DNA from: Octopus vulgaris
Lineage: Eukaryota
Assembly: GCA_951406725.2 (NCBI GenBank)
Contig: OX597818.1
Span: 133,920,001-133,984,000, forward strand
DNA: 64,000 nt
Reading direction: 5' to 3'
Under the pieces are notes generated by a model. The model was given only the letters and a program-made list of their open reading frames with translations, did not search any database and had not been told where the DNA came from. Shown one piece after another: positions 38,001 to 53,000 of this stretch. Every line of letters begins with the position of its first letter. The stretch's first letter is position 1. Made by a program: the position numbers and the translations under genes.

Positions 38001-41000
38001 GTGAAAAGGGCAAGCGAATGGATAAGGGAAACAGATTGGCATGAAAGGGTGGTAGAGGAGGAAGTAAAGACAGACAATGATGGTAGTAATGTGCTTGTTG
38101 TTGAGAAAGAAGATATGTGGTAGAGAGTAGCAAAGATTTAAATAATTATAATAAATTAAAGATTAAGTTGATTATACAATTATATATATTGTATAATTAA
38201 CCTAAATATTTTCATAATTACAATCCATCTAGGTTCTCAATTTGAATTGTACTGATATTGATTAGTTTTGCCTTCCATGCCTCCAATAAATAAGTGCCTG
38301 TAATATACTCAGTTGATGTCTCTGCCATCCCATTTGCAAAATTCAGCCTTTCCCTTAACCCCTTACCCAACAATTATTTTGAAAATAAATGTATTTTTTC
38401 AGACATATTTTTTAATTGTTTTATTTTACTATGTTTTAAAAGCCAAGAACATGTCTATCTTTTGACAAGTTAACTCGCCAGAGATAGAAAAAAACGATTT
38501 CAGTCAAAACGCATATATTCGTTTCTGCCGGGTAAGGGGTTAAAGAAGAAATCCATTATTTCTTTCATAATAAAATAAATTTAAACACTTAACAATGGTA
38601 AATCATAACCCATTAAAGAAATAATTTTACCATACCATCTGTTGTTAATTGAATTCTCAACTGCAAACTGATAAGTAGAGGTAAAAATGCCAAAATTGAT
38701 CCATACTATTGATAAATTTTGAACCTATAGCAGAACTTGAGTGCAGGTTATTTTTCACACATTGATCAATCGACAGTTTGACGAGGAAGAAAAGCAATTG
38801 TAAGATAATGAATTGGTTGAGTGTTTGAATTGGCAGCACCAATCCGACCGTGGCCGATGCCAGCCTCGCCTGGCACGTAAAAAGCACCCACTACACTCAC
38901 GAAGTGGTTGGCGTTAGGAAGGGCATCCAGCTGTAGAAACATTGCCAGATAAGACCGGAGCCTGGTGCAGCCTTCTGGCTTCCCAGATCCCCGGTCGAAC
39001 CGTCCAACCCATGCTAGCATGGAGAACGGACGTTAAACGATGATGATGATGACAACTTTAAGTTTAAACCCTAAAGGAGTTTCTATGGATTGCTCCATCT
39101 GCTAGAAATAGCAGCCAGATATCCTTCAAACGTCATCCTATCCTAACTTACCTTGGAGCAGTTATAATCCATATATATTTAAAAAAAAAAAAACAAAGAT
39201 ATAAAGATCAAAACCTTCAGTGCTTACCCTAAAATCTTTGAACTGCAGAACTTGCCATTTAGCTACATTTTTTTGTATTGTTTCTGATACACACACACAC
39301 ATTTATGATATTGCATTTTTCTCAACTTGGCAGCGTTTTTGTGCTGACATTATTTCTGTACTTGGTATGACCATGAGTGAAGAAAGAGACAGTTTAAAGT
39401 TTCGTCTGCTTGGTTCTAATGAAGAGATTGGTTCCTGGGGCCATGAATATGTCAGGTGAGGTTTTCTTTTCTCTAATTTCCTGCCCTTTCCACCTTTTCT
39501 TTCTTTGCTGTTAATGTTAAGAATAATCTTCCAAATTATTAGCAAGTTTGGTTAATATCAGCATTTGATGTTTTGTACAATGTAAAGAACGCATACATCA
39601 TATGGTGTGTCTTAATTTGCTGAAATCACTTATTAGATTATCTGGTTTCCATTTATTAATTATCGTTTATTTTATGATATTTGTTCATAATTTATTTTTT
39701 CCATTTGTCTGAAAGAGTGAATTTTTTTCTTGTTAAACCAGACATCTTGCTGGGGAAGTCATCCAAGAATGGCAAGAGACTTCAGAGAAGGATTCTGAAA
39801 TCAGAGAGAAGCTGATTAGTTTGGCAAAGGATATTGTACCATATCACATGGAACATAATGCTGAGGCGGAAGCTTGTGATCTTCTCATGGAGATAGAACA
39901 GCTGGACCTACTGGAGGAACATGTTGATGAGAATGTTTACCCAAGAGTCTGCCTCTATTTAACCAGGTTAGTATTTTTTATTTTAAAATTTGGTTACATC
40001 ATAGTTGACAGAATGGCTGTCTGTTAAGTTGCTGGTTTGCTAATCACGTGGTCATCTGCTCATGTTGTTACTACTACAGCCTACTGTTGCGTTATTTGAA
40101 CAAAGCACTTAATTCTGCTTTCTCCAGTTTTCTCAACTTACATAAAGCATGTTCCACAGTTTAGTGGGTATGACCATGAGTATATATGACAAGTTTCTTT
40201 CAGTTTCTGTCTACCAAATCCACTCACAAGGCTCTGGTCAGCCTGAGGCTTTAGTAAAACACACTTGCCCAAGGTGCCACACAGTGGGACTGAACCCAGA
40301 ACCATGTAGTAAGGAAGCAAGCTTCTTCCCACACAGCCACGCCTGTGCCCATGTATATGTGTTATTGAAATTTTCTAACTCAAAATTATGATGAAAGGTT
40401 TGATTCAAATACAAACACTTTGAAATTTAATGTTTTGAGTCATAAAGCCAAAGGTGATAGGCAATTCAGTAGTAAAATGGCTAACTTATGATCAGTGTAT
40501 TTAATTATTTACCATCCACTGGAAATAATCAGTTTTATTATATGAATGAGTTTGTTTCTTTTTCTAGTTGTGTACCATATGTTCCTGATCCAGAGAATAC
40601 CATTCTTATTCGCAAAGCTGTCCACTTGTACAGGAAATTCAAGCAGTATCCTCATGCTATGAGGTTCGCTATGCAAGTAAATGACTTGAAATTAATGAGA
40701 GACCTCTTTTACAGTTGTGATGATTTGTGAGTACATTTTTAAAAAATATTTTTACATTTTTTTTCTTTTAATCCTAACTGGAACAAAGGCTGTTTCTTAC
40801 TCTGCCTTACTGGATTTCTTATATAATTGTAACTTTCAGGTTATTAATGCTAAAATTGTCAAAGGATGAATACATAATAGTAATCTTATTTTTGTAGTGT
40901 TTTAGGTATTGTACAGGGGGAAAAGGTAAGGTGGTGATTTGGGGACATTTATTATCTCTCTAGCAATACAGGGATCATTTCTCTTTTACTCAACACTCTG

Positions 41001-44000
41001 TTCACCACTCTTTCTGGATTTGTTTTGCCAGCTCTGTCTGGCACCTGTGCAGGTGGCACGTAAAAAACACCCACTACATTCGCGGAGTGGTTGGCATTAG
41101 GAAGGGCATCCAGCCGTAGAAACACTGCCAGATCTGACTGGGCCTGACGAAGCCTTCCAGCTTCACAGACCCCAGTTGACCCATCCAACCCATGCTAGCA
41201 TGGAAAGCGGACGCTAAATGATGATGATGATGATATAATTTCTTGCAGGAATAACTCCTTAAGAGAAATTTTTCCTGATTTCAATCTTCTTTTGACACTT
41301 GGAAAATAAGATTACAGCGATTCAACTCCATTCAAACCAATCTTTAGCAACTCTCTGCATCTTAGTTCCTGTACAATGCTGTTATCGGCTAACCTTCAAA
41401 AAGTCAATCAGTTGTTCTTTGACCTTTAATCCTACATACCAACAGCAGTATGGGAATATTGTCTGTATTATCTGGATGAAGCTTAATCTCCCATTCACCC
41501 CTAACGATAAACACCATCCCTCAAAACAAAAAAAAATCACCTTTTAGGAGCAGAATGCCTTTGGATGTTTCCATATAATTTTAAATGCTTCACCTACAAA
41601 TATGTGTGGTCTCCTTAAGTACATGTATGATGTATGCAACTTCAGTTACTGTTCTACTTGGACAAGTACATCAACATAATCACCCAAAATATTAGGACAC
41701 CTATTTTGTAACTGTGAGTTTTTGTATCTCTTCTCAGTAAAGAATAAATCACGTTTCTCAATTTTTCATATTTTTAGGTTAATGCAAAAACAGTTATCTT
41801 ACATGCTTGGCCGACAACAAATTTATATGGAGCTTGATGAAGGCACACCAGAATTAGAAGAAATAAAGGATATTATGTTTAATACGCATTTGAATGGTCA
41901 CTTCTTGGCCCTTGGTAGTGAGGTAAGTCAATAACTTTTGATTAACTGATTATTTTTCAGGGAGTTTACAAAAAGGGCCCGTTGCATCAGAACTAGATAA
42001 GAAGAATGTTTTTTAGATTTACATTCTCTCTCTTTCTCTTATATTTTATCAAATCTATATGATGTCTCAACAGATTATAACGACAAAATTATTTTAGAGC
42101 ATTAATTATATATTTCTACATTGAATTCACTCTTCTTATTAGTACATTTATATTCAAATGAAAATTGACCCTTGTTTATTTGTAGTTAGATTGGTTTTAA
42201 AACAAATTTCATGTTAAGTGTCTGTAAGAGCTTACTGCTGTCCTGATTTCAATTTGTTACACCAAAGATAAAAGTTCCTGCCATTTCAGTTAGTACCATG
42301 AAACTTTTTAGTTTATAAAATCAATTACAATACAAAGGCATCTTTAACAGTTTGCTGTGTACAAAGATATTTATGAAACCTAGGAGTCAGAGAGTTTTCA
42401 ATGCAATGTCTGTAAAACACATTGCCCAATCAATTGGTTCTTAACAAAATCTTCACTGCTTGCTCGAGGCTATTTGAATTCACCTACAATGCTAATGCCA
42501 TTGAAAAAGGCATGACTGTCACAACTCATTTCATTTTCTGAGACCTCTGAAAGTGTGCCTATTTAAGGAATCATTATTGTATTCGAAGTCTTGTGAACTC
42601 CTAATGTTATTTATTTTTTTAAAATCTTTTCTCTTTTTTAACTTTTTATTTTTCAGTTAGATATTTTAGAACCAAAGTTACCTGAAAATATCTATAAAAC
42701 TACATCTGAAAGTAATCGTAAGTTGATATCACTTTATCCATCTAGTTTTTATTTTATTTTTTAATCCCCCCCCCCCCAAAAAAAATGCTGGATGTTTTCA
42801 TTATAAAACTTGCTGTTAAATAGCTCTGGGATGTTTTTTGTTTTAAACAGCGATAATTGAATGGCTATGTGGTGAAGACGTTAGTTTCAGAACCGCATGG
42901 TCTGGGGTTCACTGCTGCTGTGTGGATGCTGGTAGTGGGTGTCCTCTACATTATCTATGGATTGACTGAAAGCTTCTCAGTGAAATTTCGTAGGCAGAAA
43001 CTCGAAGAATCCTGCTCTGTGTGTATGTACATCTGCACTGGAGCATCACACACTAGAGTGCACTGGCAATAGACACTCTTAAATACTTGGCTAGCTTGCT
43101 AAAAGTAGTCAATAGTTTCTGTTACTTAATTGTGACATAATTTGCAATGTTGAATGTTGTTCAGAAAGTAATATCCAGAGTAATTATGGTTTGGAGAAAT
43201 TTCAAGGCGCTGTTGCCTCTACTAGCAACAAAGTCATTTCCCTTAGAGTGAAGGGTAGATTTTATGGTGCTTGTCATAGAAATATGATGCTGCATTGTAT
43301 AGTGAATCATGAACTCTGAATGCAGAAGAGTTAAGAGGAGAACACTGGTTTGGAGCACACAGTGCAGCAGTCTTCTGCTATATGCATCACGTGCCCATAC
43401 CAATGCACTCTTCTGTCTTGTATAAAACACCCAATTTTACTCTCATTTTATCTGTACTCTAGAGTTCACACACAATAACATTACACATCCATCAGAGCAT
43501 GCTTGTCTCATTTCTTTCTAGCCTTCACAACTCTTCTGCATTCAGAGAGCTCTTACCTCTGCTGTTGACAAAGGGCCTCTGACTCAGAGTAAAAGGTAGA
43601 CTGTATGACTCGTGTATGAACAGCCATGCTACATGGCAGTGAAACATGGGCCGTGACTGCTGAGGACATGCATAAGCTCACAAGGAATGAAGCCAGTATG
43701 ATCCAATGGATGTGTAATGTCAGTGTGCATACTCGACAGAGTGTTAGTACCTTGAGAGAAAAGTTGGACCTAAGAAGCATCAGATGTAGTGTGCAAGAGA
43801 GACGACTGTGCTGGTATGGTCATGTGGCGAGAATGGATGAGGATAGCTGTATGAAAAAGTGCCACACCCTAGCAGTTGAAGGAACCTGTGGAAGAGGTAG
43901 ACCCAGGAAGACCTGGGATGAAGTGGTGAAGCACGCCTTCGAACATTAGGCCTCACTGAGGCAATGACTAGTGACTGAAACTTTTGGAAATATGCTGTGC

Positions 44001-47000
44001 TTGAGAAGACCCGGCAAGCCAAATGAGACCATAACCTCATAGCCTATGCCAGGGGTGTAACCAGCCCACTTATGCATACCTTTCCTTCATTGGACACTAA
44101 TCTCTGCTTGCAAAGACCTGTTGAGGCAAGTGAAATCGAAATGAAATTCAATGACTGGCATCCGTGCTAGTGGAGCACTAAGAGCACCATTTGAGCGTGA
44201 TCGTTGTCAGAGCGGCTAACTGGCTTCCGTGCTGGTGGCAAAAAAGCACCATTCAAGTGTGATCATTACCAGTGTCGCCTTATTGGCACTTGTACCGATG
44301 GCACGTGAAAAAACATTTGAGTGAGGTTGTTGCCAGTGCCACTGGACCGGCTCTTGTGCAGGTGGCATGTAAAAAAACACCATTTGAGCATGGCCACTGC
44401 CAGTACCGCCTGACTGGCCTTTATGCTGGTGGCACGTAAAAGCACCCACTACACTCTCGGAATTGTTGGCGTTAGGAAGGGCATCCAGCTGTAGAAACTG
44501 TAGATCAAGATTGGAGCCTGGTGCAGCCAACTGGTTCACCAGTCCTCAGTCAAATTGTCCAACCCATGCTAGCATAGAAAGCGGACGATGATGATGAGAA
44601 TTTGACTATATATTAGCTACTAATACACATATTACTAACACAAACTTGGCTGTATTGATATGGAATTTGCTTCTTAACCATGTGGATTCAAGTTCTATCC
44701 CACTTCATGTCACTATATGCAAATTCCTTTTACTGTAACCTGGTACTTCTGACCAATGTCTTATGATAAACAAAAGTAGTGTGGAAACCTGTTTGAGTGT
44801 GTGTGTGTGTGCACATGAATATTTACATTCCACACCTTTGGGTGGTAGTCCAAGCACAAACAATAATCTCACGTTTACACTTCCTGTAAACAATAGTCCC
44901 TGTAGGGCCATGCTTTCAAAGATTGATGAAATAATAAAGAAAATTTCTCTACTTGACAAATAGGTATGGGTCAGTGACAGGAAGGGTATCTGGTTATAAA
45001 ATACAGACTCAACAAGTCTCCCTCTGACCCATATCAGCAAGAAAAATGGATGTAAAAGTATATATTTTAATAGTTTAACGCTTTTGATATCAACCCGGCT
45101 GAAACTGCCTCTGGCTCTTTAATACAAATGTCTTGCTTTCAAAGTTCTGAATTAAAATCTTCCTCCAAACCTTACTCACAATTTATTTTCCTAACACTAG
45201 CTTAATGATAATTAAGTTATTTTACGAAACTCTTTGTTATATTTAAAATTAATTGAAAGAAACACGGAGCATCTCAAAACAGAAATATGGTAGCAAAAGG
45301 GTTAATGTTTACACATGTAAACAACCTGCACTTGTGCACCACACATACACACACACACTTTTTGTAACTTTAGTACCTCACTTACAAGGTTACAGTTGCT
45401 TTATTTATCCTGTATTTCTTCCTTTACTAGTTCCTGCCAGTCTGATTCATTTATTTTTATAAAAGTTTTAATTTGCCACCCGTTTTACAGGGACAACTAT
45501 TGGATCCGGTAATGTTGATTCAGCCCGGCAAAATTTGGCTGCCTCATTTGTTAATGGATTTGTTAATGCTGCCTTTGGCAAGGACAAACTTATCATGGAA
45601 GGTAACGAATGGCTTAACAAGAATAAAGATATTGGTAAGTAATTAACATTTATCTGCTTACCTGTTTACTTACTTCATACTTCACCCCCAAAAAAACAGT
45701 GTTTATTTCAGCTTCCTTTCAATAATCTTCAAGGTTGGCTCCATTTCTTTTGATTTTGTCTTCTTTCAATTGTTATTCTTACGCTTTTTGACTTCACTCA
45801 CTCTCCTTCGTTATCACCACTGACAAAGTGAACTCCATTGGAATTATAAGTGAGATCAAAAAGAGGAGACGTTGTCGTTTCAGTCACTTCATAGCGGTTT
45901 CTGATTGCATCTTCTATATTGATTCTGATTCTTGACTGCTACTTATTTTATCAATCTCTAAAGGATGAAAAACAAAGTCAACCTACGTGGGATTTAAACT
46001 CAGAATAAAAAGGAACATAACTAAATACTGCAAAGCACTTTGATGTTCTCTTGATTCTGTAACGCTATAACCCTTTAACCACAATATAAAATAATAATTA
46101 CATTCCCTCTGTAGAGAAAAAAATATGATTTAGATTTGCTGCATTATTTTCATTAAGGATAGAATCAACATCAATTTGATTGTGGTAATTGTTGACTAAC
46201 ATTTAACTTACATTTCCTAAGAAAGTAACACCTTCATTGCATAATGCATTTCACTGAACTAGCAACTTATATAAGCTTGGTTTTATGTTCTTTGTTAACA
46301 GGTATGTTGAGTGCTACTGCATCCCTTGGGCTGATTCTTCTCTGGGATTTAGATGGTGGCCTCAGTAAGATTGATAAGTACCTCTATTCACATGAAGATT
46401 ATATTAAGGTATGGTTATCAACAAATGTTTTCTGTGCATTCTTTTTATTTCTCTTATTGCTGTAAATATATATACTCAGATGGTGCTTCACTCAATCACT
46501 GCTGTTTCCTGCTATTTTTTGCATTTAGGTAAATTTTTAATTCACCCTGATGAATGCAAAGAGCGGGAGATTCTAAGTAGTAGTGACACAGAACACCATC
46601 TGTGTATAAATAATTACACTGTACAATGTGTATTAACCCTTTCGTTACTAACCCGGCTGAAACCGGCTCTGGCTTTGTAGTACAAATGCCTTGTTTTCAT
46701 AAGTTTTGAATTAAAATCTTTCACCACACCTTAGTCACAATTAATGTTCCTAACACTAAATTAATGATAACTAAGTTATTTTACTAAATTCTTTGTTACA
46801 TTTTAAATAATTGAGAGAAAAACAGAGAATCTCAAAATAAATACAGTAACGAAAGGGTTAAGTACTTTTTTCTTTTATTTGTGAAATAAGAAATATCTTT
46901 TTTAGCTATGCCCATAATCAGTCACACGAAGATTATAAATGTCTTTCGTTGCCACATAAAAAGCGTCCAGCTCTAAGTAGAATCAAATATAGCATGCAAG

Positions 47001-50000
47001 AGAGAAAACTGCTGGTATAGGTATGTGATGTTTGTGGAGTAGTTGAGTAAAGAAGAGGCAAACAATTCAAGTGGAAGTATTATGTGGAAGAGGAAAACCG
47101 AGCAGGATATTGGTTATAAAGTGGTGAAAGCTGATCCTTAATAGGGTGGACCACATTAAGGAGATGACAAGACCAACAATTTTGGGGGAGGGGACGTGTC
47201 AAATATGTCAACCCCAGTACTTTAATCAACTGGTACTTACTTTATCAACCCCGAAAGGAGGAAAGGCAAAGTCGACCTCAACAGGATAATAATGATAATA
47301 AAAGCAATTAGTAGCAGGACCTGTGGAGATTCCATAGAAAGAAAAAAGTGAAGAGGAGCTATTTAAAAAGAAAAGATGATTTGCACTTTTATTGCATATA
47401 AATCTTGTTGCCTATGCAATAAATGATACAAAAATATACAATAACAGTCTGCACAATTCTTAATATACATATTATTCGTTAGTATTTAATTCTTTTGAAA
47501 CTGCAAGGCCTGAAATTTTGGAGGAGGGCCAGCTGATAAGATCAACCCCAGTACGCAACTGGTACTTAATTTATTGACCCCAAAAGGATGAAAGGCAAAG
47601 TTGACCTTGGCGGAATTTGAACTCAGAACATAAAGACAGACGAAATACCACTAAGCATTTCGCCTGGCATGCTAACATTTCTGTCAGCTCGCTGGCTTAA
47701 GATCAATATATAATTGAATATTCCTTATTATGCAATATTTTATCTTAATTATTTTACATGATTAATTTCAATTCCATTGCTAATGAAAAAAATAACATCC
47801 ATGGCTATTTTGCTAAGTTGTTTTGCTTCATTAAAGTAACATATTGTATGATTTTAAAATTTCGTTCTGCTAAACACTTTATATTTCCCTCTCTGTCTTT
47901 TTCTCTCTAACTCTTACTTCAACAAAATCTTTAACCATGTAATTTCCCTCTTCATGTCATTAACATTTCTCTCTTACTCTTCACCTCTCACTTCCACTAA
48001 TCATCAGCTGGCTATCTGCTTCTCTCTCTCTCTCTCTCTCTCACACACTCCCTTCCTTCTTGCTCTCATCCCACCACCCCTAAAGTGTATTGTGTGAACA
48101 AATGAACAAGCAGAACTATAATAAAGATTGTTGTTTCTTTTCCTTTCAGGCTGGTGCCCTTCTAGCTTGTGGTATTGTAAGCTCAGGTGTACGCCATGAA
48201 TGTGACCCAGCTAGAGCTCTTTTAAATGATTATGTTCTTGATTCAAAATTGATCATGCGTATTGGTTCAATTGTTGGGTAATATATATATTTCAGTTTTC
48301 ACATTATAAATTAGCCGTCAAGATTATAATATAAATGATATTACAATTATAAGTAGCAATTTAAAAAAGAAATAGAGCAATGGGCTCACTGTTGCTTTAT
48401 TTCTCTTCAATTAGAACTTAAAATGTTGAATATTGTTAATCCTTTAAGTCTAGAATCGTTTTTGTAGTATATATTCTTTGCTGTTTTATTTTGTAATCAA
48501 GAAATTTAAATTTTAGAAACAAATTCATTGCATAGACTTCATTATATATTTTGTTGTTATTTGTTCAGGAATTCTTTTTCTTTTTCACCCAACACAAAAT
48601 AATTCACAAAATAAGCACCAGTATTTTAATAATGATTCAATCTGCTATACTCCTATTCTCTTGCAAAATTTGGTGTTGTACTTAGGAAGAAAGGTTTCCT
48701 TTTATTTCTTTTGTCAAATGATGATTTTTTTTTTTTTTTTTGCCAGATTGGGTTTAGCTTATGCTGGTTCCAACCGAGAGGATGTCATTAATCTGTTACT
48801 CCCAGTTCTTGGAGACAGTAAATCTACAACTGAGGTATGCTGATGTATATATTTTGTTTTTCACCTGTGTGTGTCTGTGTGTAAGATGGTCAGTGGAAAT
48901 CAACATTTATAGGGCCATTAGATCTTAGAGACATTATCTCATTGACAAATTATACCAGCCCATAAGAAGTTCAGTATTTTGGGGGTTTTTTTTTTACTGT
49001 TTAAAGAAGCAAGGGCCTTTTGATGACTCCTGAACTATTGCAGAAAAAGAGAAAGATATCAAATTGGAGGCCCGACCCAAATGCTTGCAAAGGGAGTGAA
49101 CACTGTTAAAAACACTCATAGCTAAAGCAAGCAGTCGATTGAACCAAGAACTCAGTGCACAGAGTGCCCAAACAAGTACTGCCATGCATATCTTGTCTGA
49201 TGTTTTAACAATTCTGCCAGTCCACACCCATAGTCGGATTCTTATATTGACTCTGGAAGGATAAAAAAGCAAAGTTGATCTCAATTGGAACTTAGGGTGC
49301 AGAGGTCTAGAACTAACGCCAGAAGCTATTTCATTATATCAAATGGATATTTCGAGTTGTTTTTTGTTGCAAAACATTTGTTTCAGACTAACTGAAGGTC
49401 TTTGGCATCCAATAGGAAATAAATTCCTGTCTGCACCACCATCCGTTCATGGCCGTTGCCAGCGCCGCCCCGACTGGCCTTGTGCCGGTGGCACGTAAAA
49501 AGCACCATCCGTTCGTGGCCGTTGCCAGTCTCGCCTGGCCCCCGTGCCAGTGACACGTAAAAAGCACCCTCCGTCTGTGGCCGTTTGCCAGCTCCGTCTG
49601 GCACCTGTGCAGGTGGCACATAAAAAGCACCCACTACACTTACGGAGTGGTTGGCATTAGGAAGGGCATCCAGCCGTAGAAACACTGCCAGATCAGACTG
49701 GGCCTGGTGCAGCCTTCTGGCTTCACAGACCCCAGTTGAACCGTCCAACCCATGCTAGCATGGAAAGCGGACGCTAAATGATGATTTTCTGCTTCACTAC
49801 TATGTTGTCACATTTGACTCTTTAGAATTGACTTTGTAACACATTAACTAGCATTTTTATTTTTAAATCATGCTGTGTAGTAAGAAACTTACTTCCCAAC
49901 CACATAGTTCTAGGTTCAGTCCCACTGCATGGCACCTTGGACAAGTGTCTTCTACTATTGCTCTGGGCCGGCCAAAGCCTTGTGAGTGGATCTGGTAGAC

Positions 50001-53000
50001 AGAAACTGAAAGAAAACCGTTGTGTGTGCCTTTGTGTCTGTATTTGTCCCCCACCACTGCTTGACAACCAGTGTTGGTGTGTTTATGTTCCTGTAACCTA
50101 GCAGTTCAGCAAAAGAGAACAATAGAGTAAGTACCAGGCTTTAAAAAAAGTACTGGGGTCATTTCAGTTGACTAAAACAAATACTGGTGCCCCAGCATGA
50201 CCACATTCTAAAGACTAAAACATGTAAAAGCTAAAAGATACACATTTATTTTAATTAGTGTCACAAGCACAGCTGTGTGGTAAGTTTGCTTCTCAACCAC
50301 ATGGTTCTGGGTTCAGTCCCACTGTGCAGCACCTTGGGCAAGTGTTTTCTGTTAGTGCCCAAGGTTAACTGAAATCCTTTAAATGGATTTGGTTGATGGA
50401 AACTAAACAAAACCTGTTGTTGATGTGTATGTGTTACTATCTCCTTGCCTTGACATCACATGATAGTTGTAAATGATTGTCACCATCAACGATGATGATG
50501 ATGATGATGATGATGATACAAGCAATGTTCTTTATTTCTAATCATCTGTGAAAGTATCCCTGGTTATAGGGAACTATTACCTTACTTGGAAATAGGTAAG
50601 GGTTGGCAGCAAGAAGGGCATCTGACCATAGAAAATCTACTCCAACAAATTCCATGTGGGCATGGAAAAGTGAACATTAAAACGATGCTGCTGGTGGTGA
50701 TGATGATGATGGCGTATTCTATTTATATATTTCAGATTATTGGAATGGCTGCCCTTTCTTGTGGTTTGATCTCTGTGGGTAGTTGCAATGGAGACGTCTC
50801 TTCAACCATAATACAGAAAATGATGGAATGGCCTCAAGCAGACCTCAATGACACATATACGCGATATTTGTCTTTAGGTCTAGCTTTGACATATCTTGGT
50901 ATGTATATAAATAATATGGTATATAGAAATGTGATGACATCTCAATTGTTACTTTATGGACACATTTGATGCAAAAGAGCTAATTAATAAGCAACTGTTA
51001 ACTATTTTTTGTAAATATTTCCAGAAATAAGTCTTTCTGCTGATGGCAAATAATTAAGTAAACATTGAGCCTTTTGTGTAGTTATTGTTGTTGCGATTTA
51101 GTCCCAGTTCAGATCTGTGATGCAAGCTGTTCCAGTTTTTACTGTCCTACCTTTTTTTTTTATACTCACACTGTATTATTCAGTATTTCCTTTACTGAAA
51201 ATGGTTGAATCTGATTTTAGAATGATTTGCCATTTATTTCTAGCAAGTTGACTGATTGAGTAGGGTACCCTCATTAGCTTATCTTCTTAATTTCCATAAA
51301 ACATTTCAGGATTTTCCGTTCAATTTTAATTTACTCTTTCAAATATTGCATTTGAATGTTTTAATTAAATTTCTCAAATGTAGGGTTTCAAACGACTTTG
51401 AGAGAATATATTGTAATATTGAATTTTGTAAACACTCTGGCTAGCATAAAATACAGTCTGTAAGAAAAATACAATAAAATCTATCTTTAATTGTTCAATA
51501 CATGTTGTAAATATCTGAATGGTTTCTTATTATTGTGCCATTCACTTAAAGTGGAGGGAAGTGTGCTGATCACTTAAAATGAAAGCTGTAGAAGAGGGAG
51601 ACCCACAAAGATATAGGACGAAGTTTTGAAGGCTGATCTCAAAATGCTGAACCTTACAAAGATGATGACAGAGGACTGAGATATGTGGTGCATTGTGTAC
51701 ATGAAAGGAATCACCCACCACAACAGAATTGAGATCCTAAAACCAAGGTGGTATGTAAACAGCATTGGTGCTGGTGCCACTTGAAAAGCACCTGTAATAG
51801 TGAAACATAACAAAAAAACCTTGTACACACTGGAATGGTTAGCATTAGGAAGGGCATCCAGCTGAAGAAACCAAGCCAAAATGGACCGTGGAACCTGGTA
51901 AAGCCCCTAGCCTTTGAGTTGCTATCAAGTTGTCCAACCCATGCAAGCATGGAAAACAGACATTAGATGATGATGATGATTGCAATGTATAAAATTCAAA
52001 GAACTATGACCTTTATTAATAACGCAACTTCTATGTAGTTGCTCGACCTAATAAAAATGGCAACCAGATCTCCTTCAAACCATACACTTTTTAAAAATAT
52101 AAAGGATACATTGGATAATCTCTCTCTATATAAACGGCAGTTTGTGTGTCTGTCAGGTTGTACCCTCACCCTGACCACGGCTTTCAACCGATTCTGATGA
52201 AACTTGACACACACATAGCCCAATGTCATAATTCAAAACTAACGCAGCGAAAATTTTGAAAAGTTCCCCCAGTTCTGAAAAAAATCGATAAATTCGACAT
52301 GGGGTCGAGAATCTAAGCTTTTTATATGCAACACATTTTCTGGGCTGTTCACGCGTTGGGAGGCGCAATGATGTTTTCATGTTTTCGCCCAAAGGAACAG
52401 CTAGGAACATCGTATACACAGAAGTATTCAAGTGAAGAGAAGACAATGCAACCTACACATGCGCCTTCGTTCCCTTGAGGGAAAGGAGTAGAATGGGATT
52501 AGTCGTTGCCTACTAGGGGCTCTTACATACCTGGGCAAAGCTGGGCTATGCTGCTAGTATAATCTATATTCCCCCACAAAAGACTGGGAGGTCACAGCTG
52601 GAGTGCCTCTAATCAGAGGTCTATTGAATGGGAGTCAATCTGGGGTTTGATTCTTCATATATAAGCATGAGTAAGAATTGCAATGCTGTGTATCAGTGAA
52701 TAAGATTTACACAATGGTTAGATAGGGATGATTTGACTATTAATAGATACATGTTGTGTAATTTTTGCTTCCAATCAATATTCTTCATCCTCCTTAACAC
52801 TTTGGTATACACTTTCTATAGCTTTTTAAGTCTCCAGCATTCAGACCCATATATCTATATGCTTTCTGTAGCAGCTATAAAACCTGTATTTTGATATCCA
52901 CAGTATAGAAAACAAATCTATCTAATGACATCTTATTCAGTACTAACAATGTCAATTCACTTCTTTCTTTACTGTGTCGTTTTATGCTTTCTTCCCATGA

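Noticed and set aside
44150-44450. Regularly spaced ggcacgtaaaaagcacc units resembling a CRISPR array
   Set aside because: The spacers are mutually homologous, the units are part of an RTE 3'UTR, and the context is eukaryotic with no cas genes.
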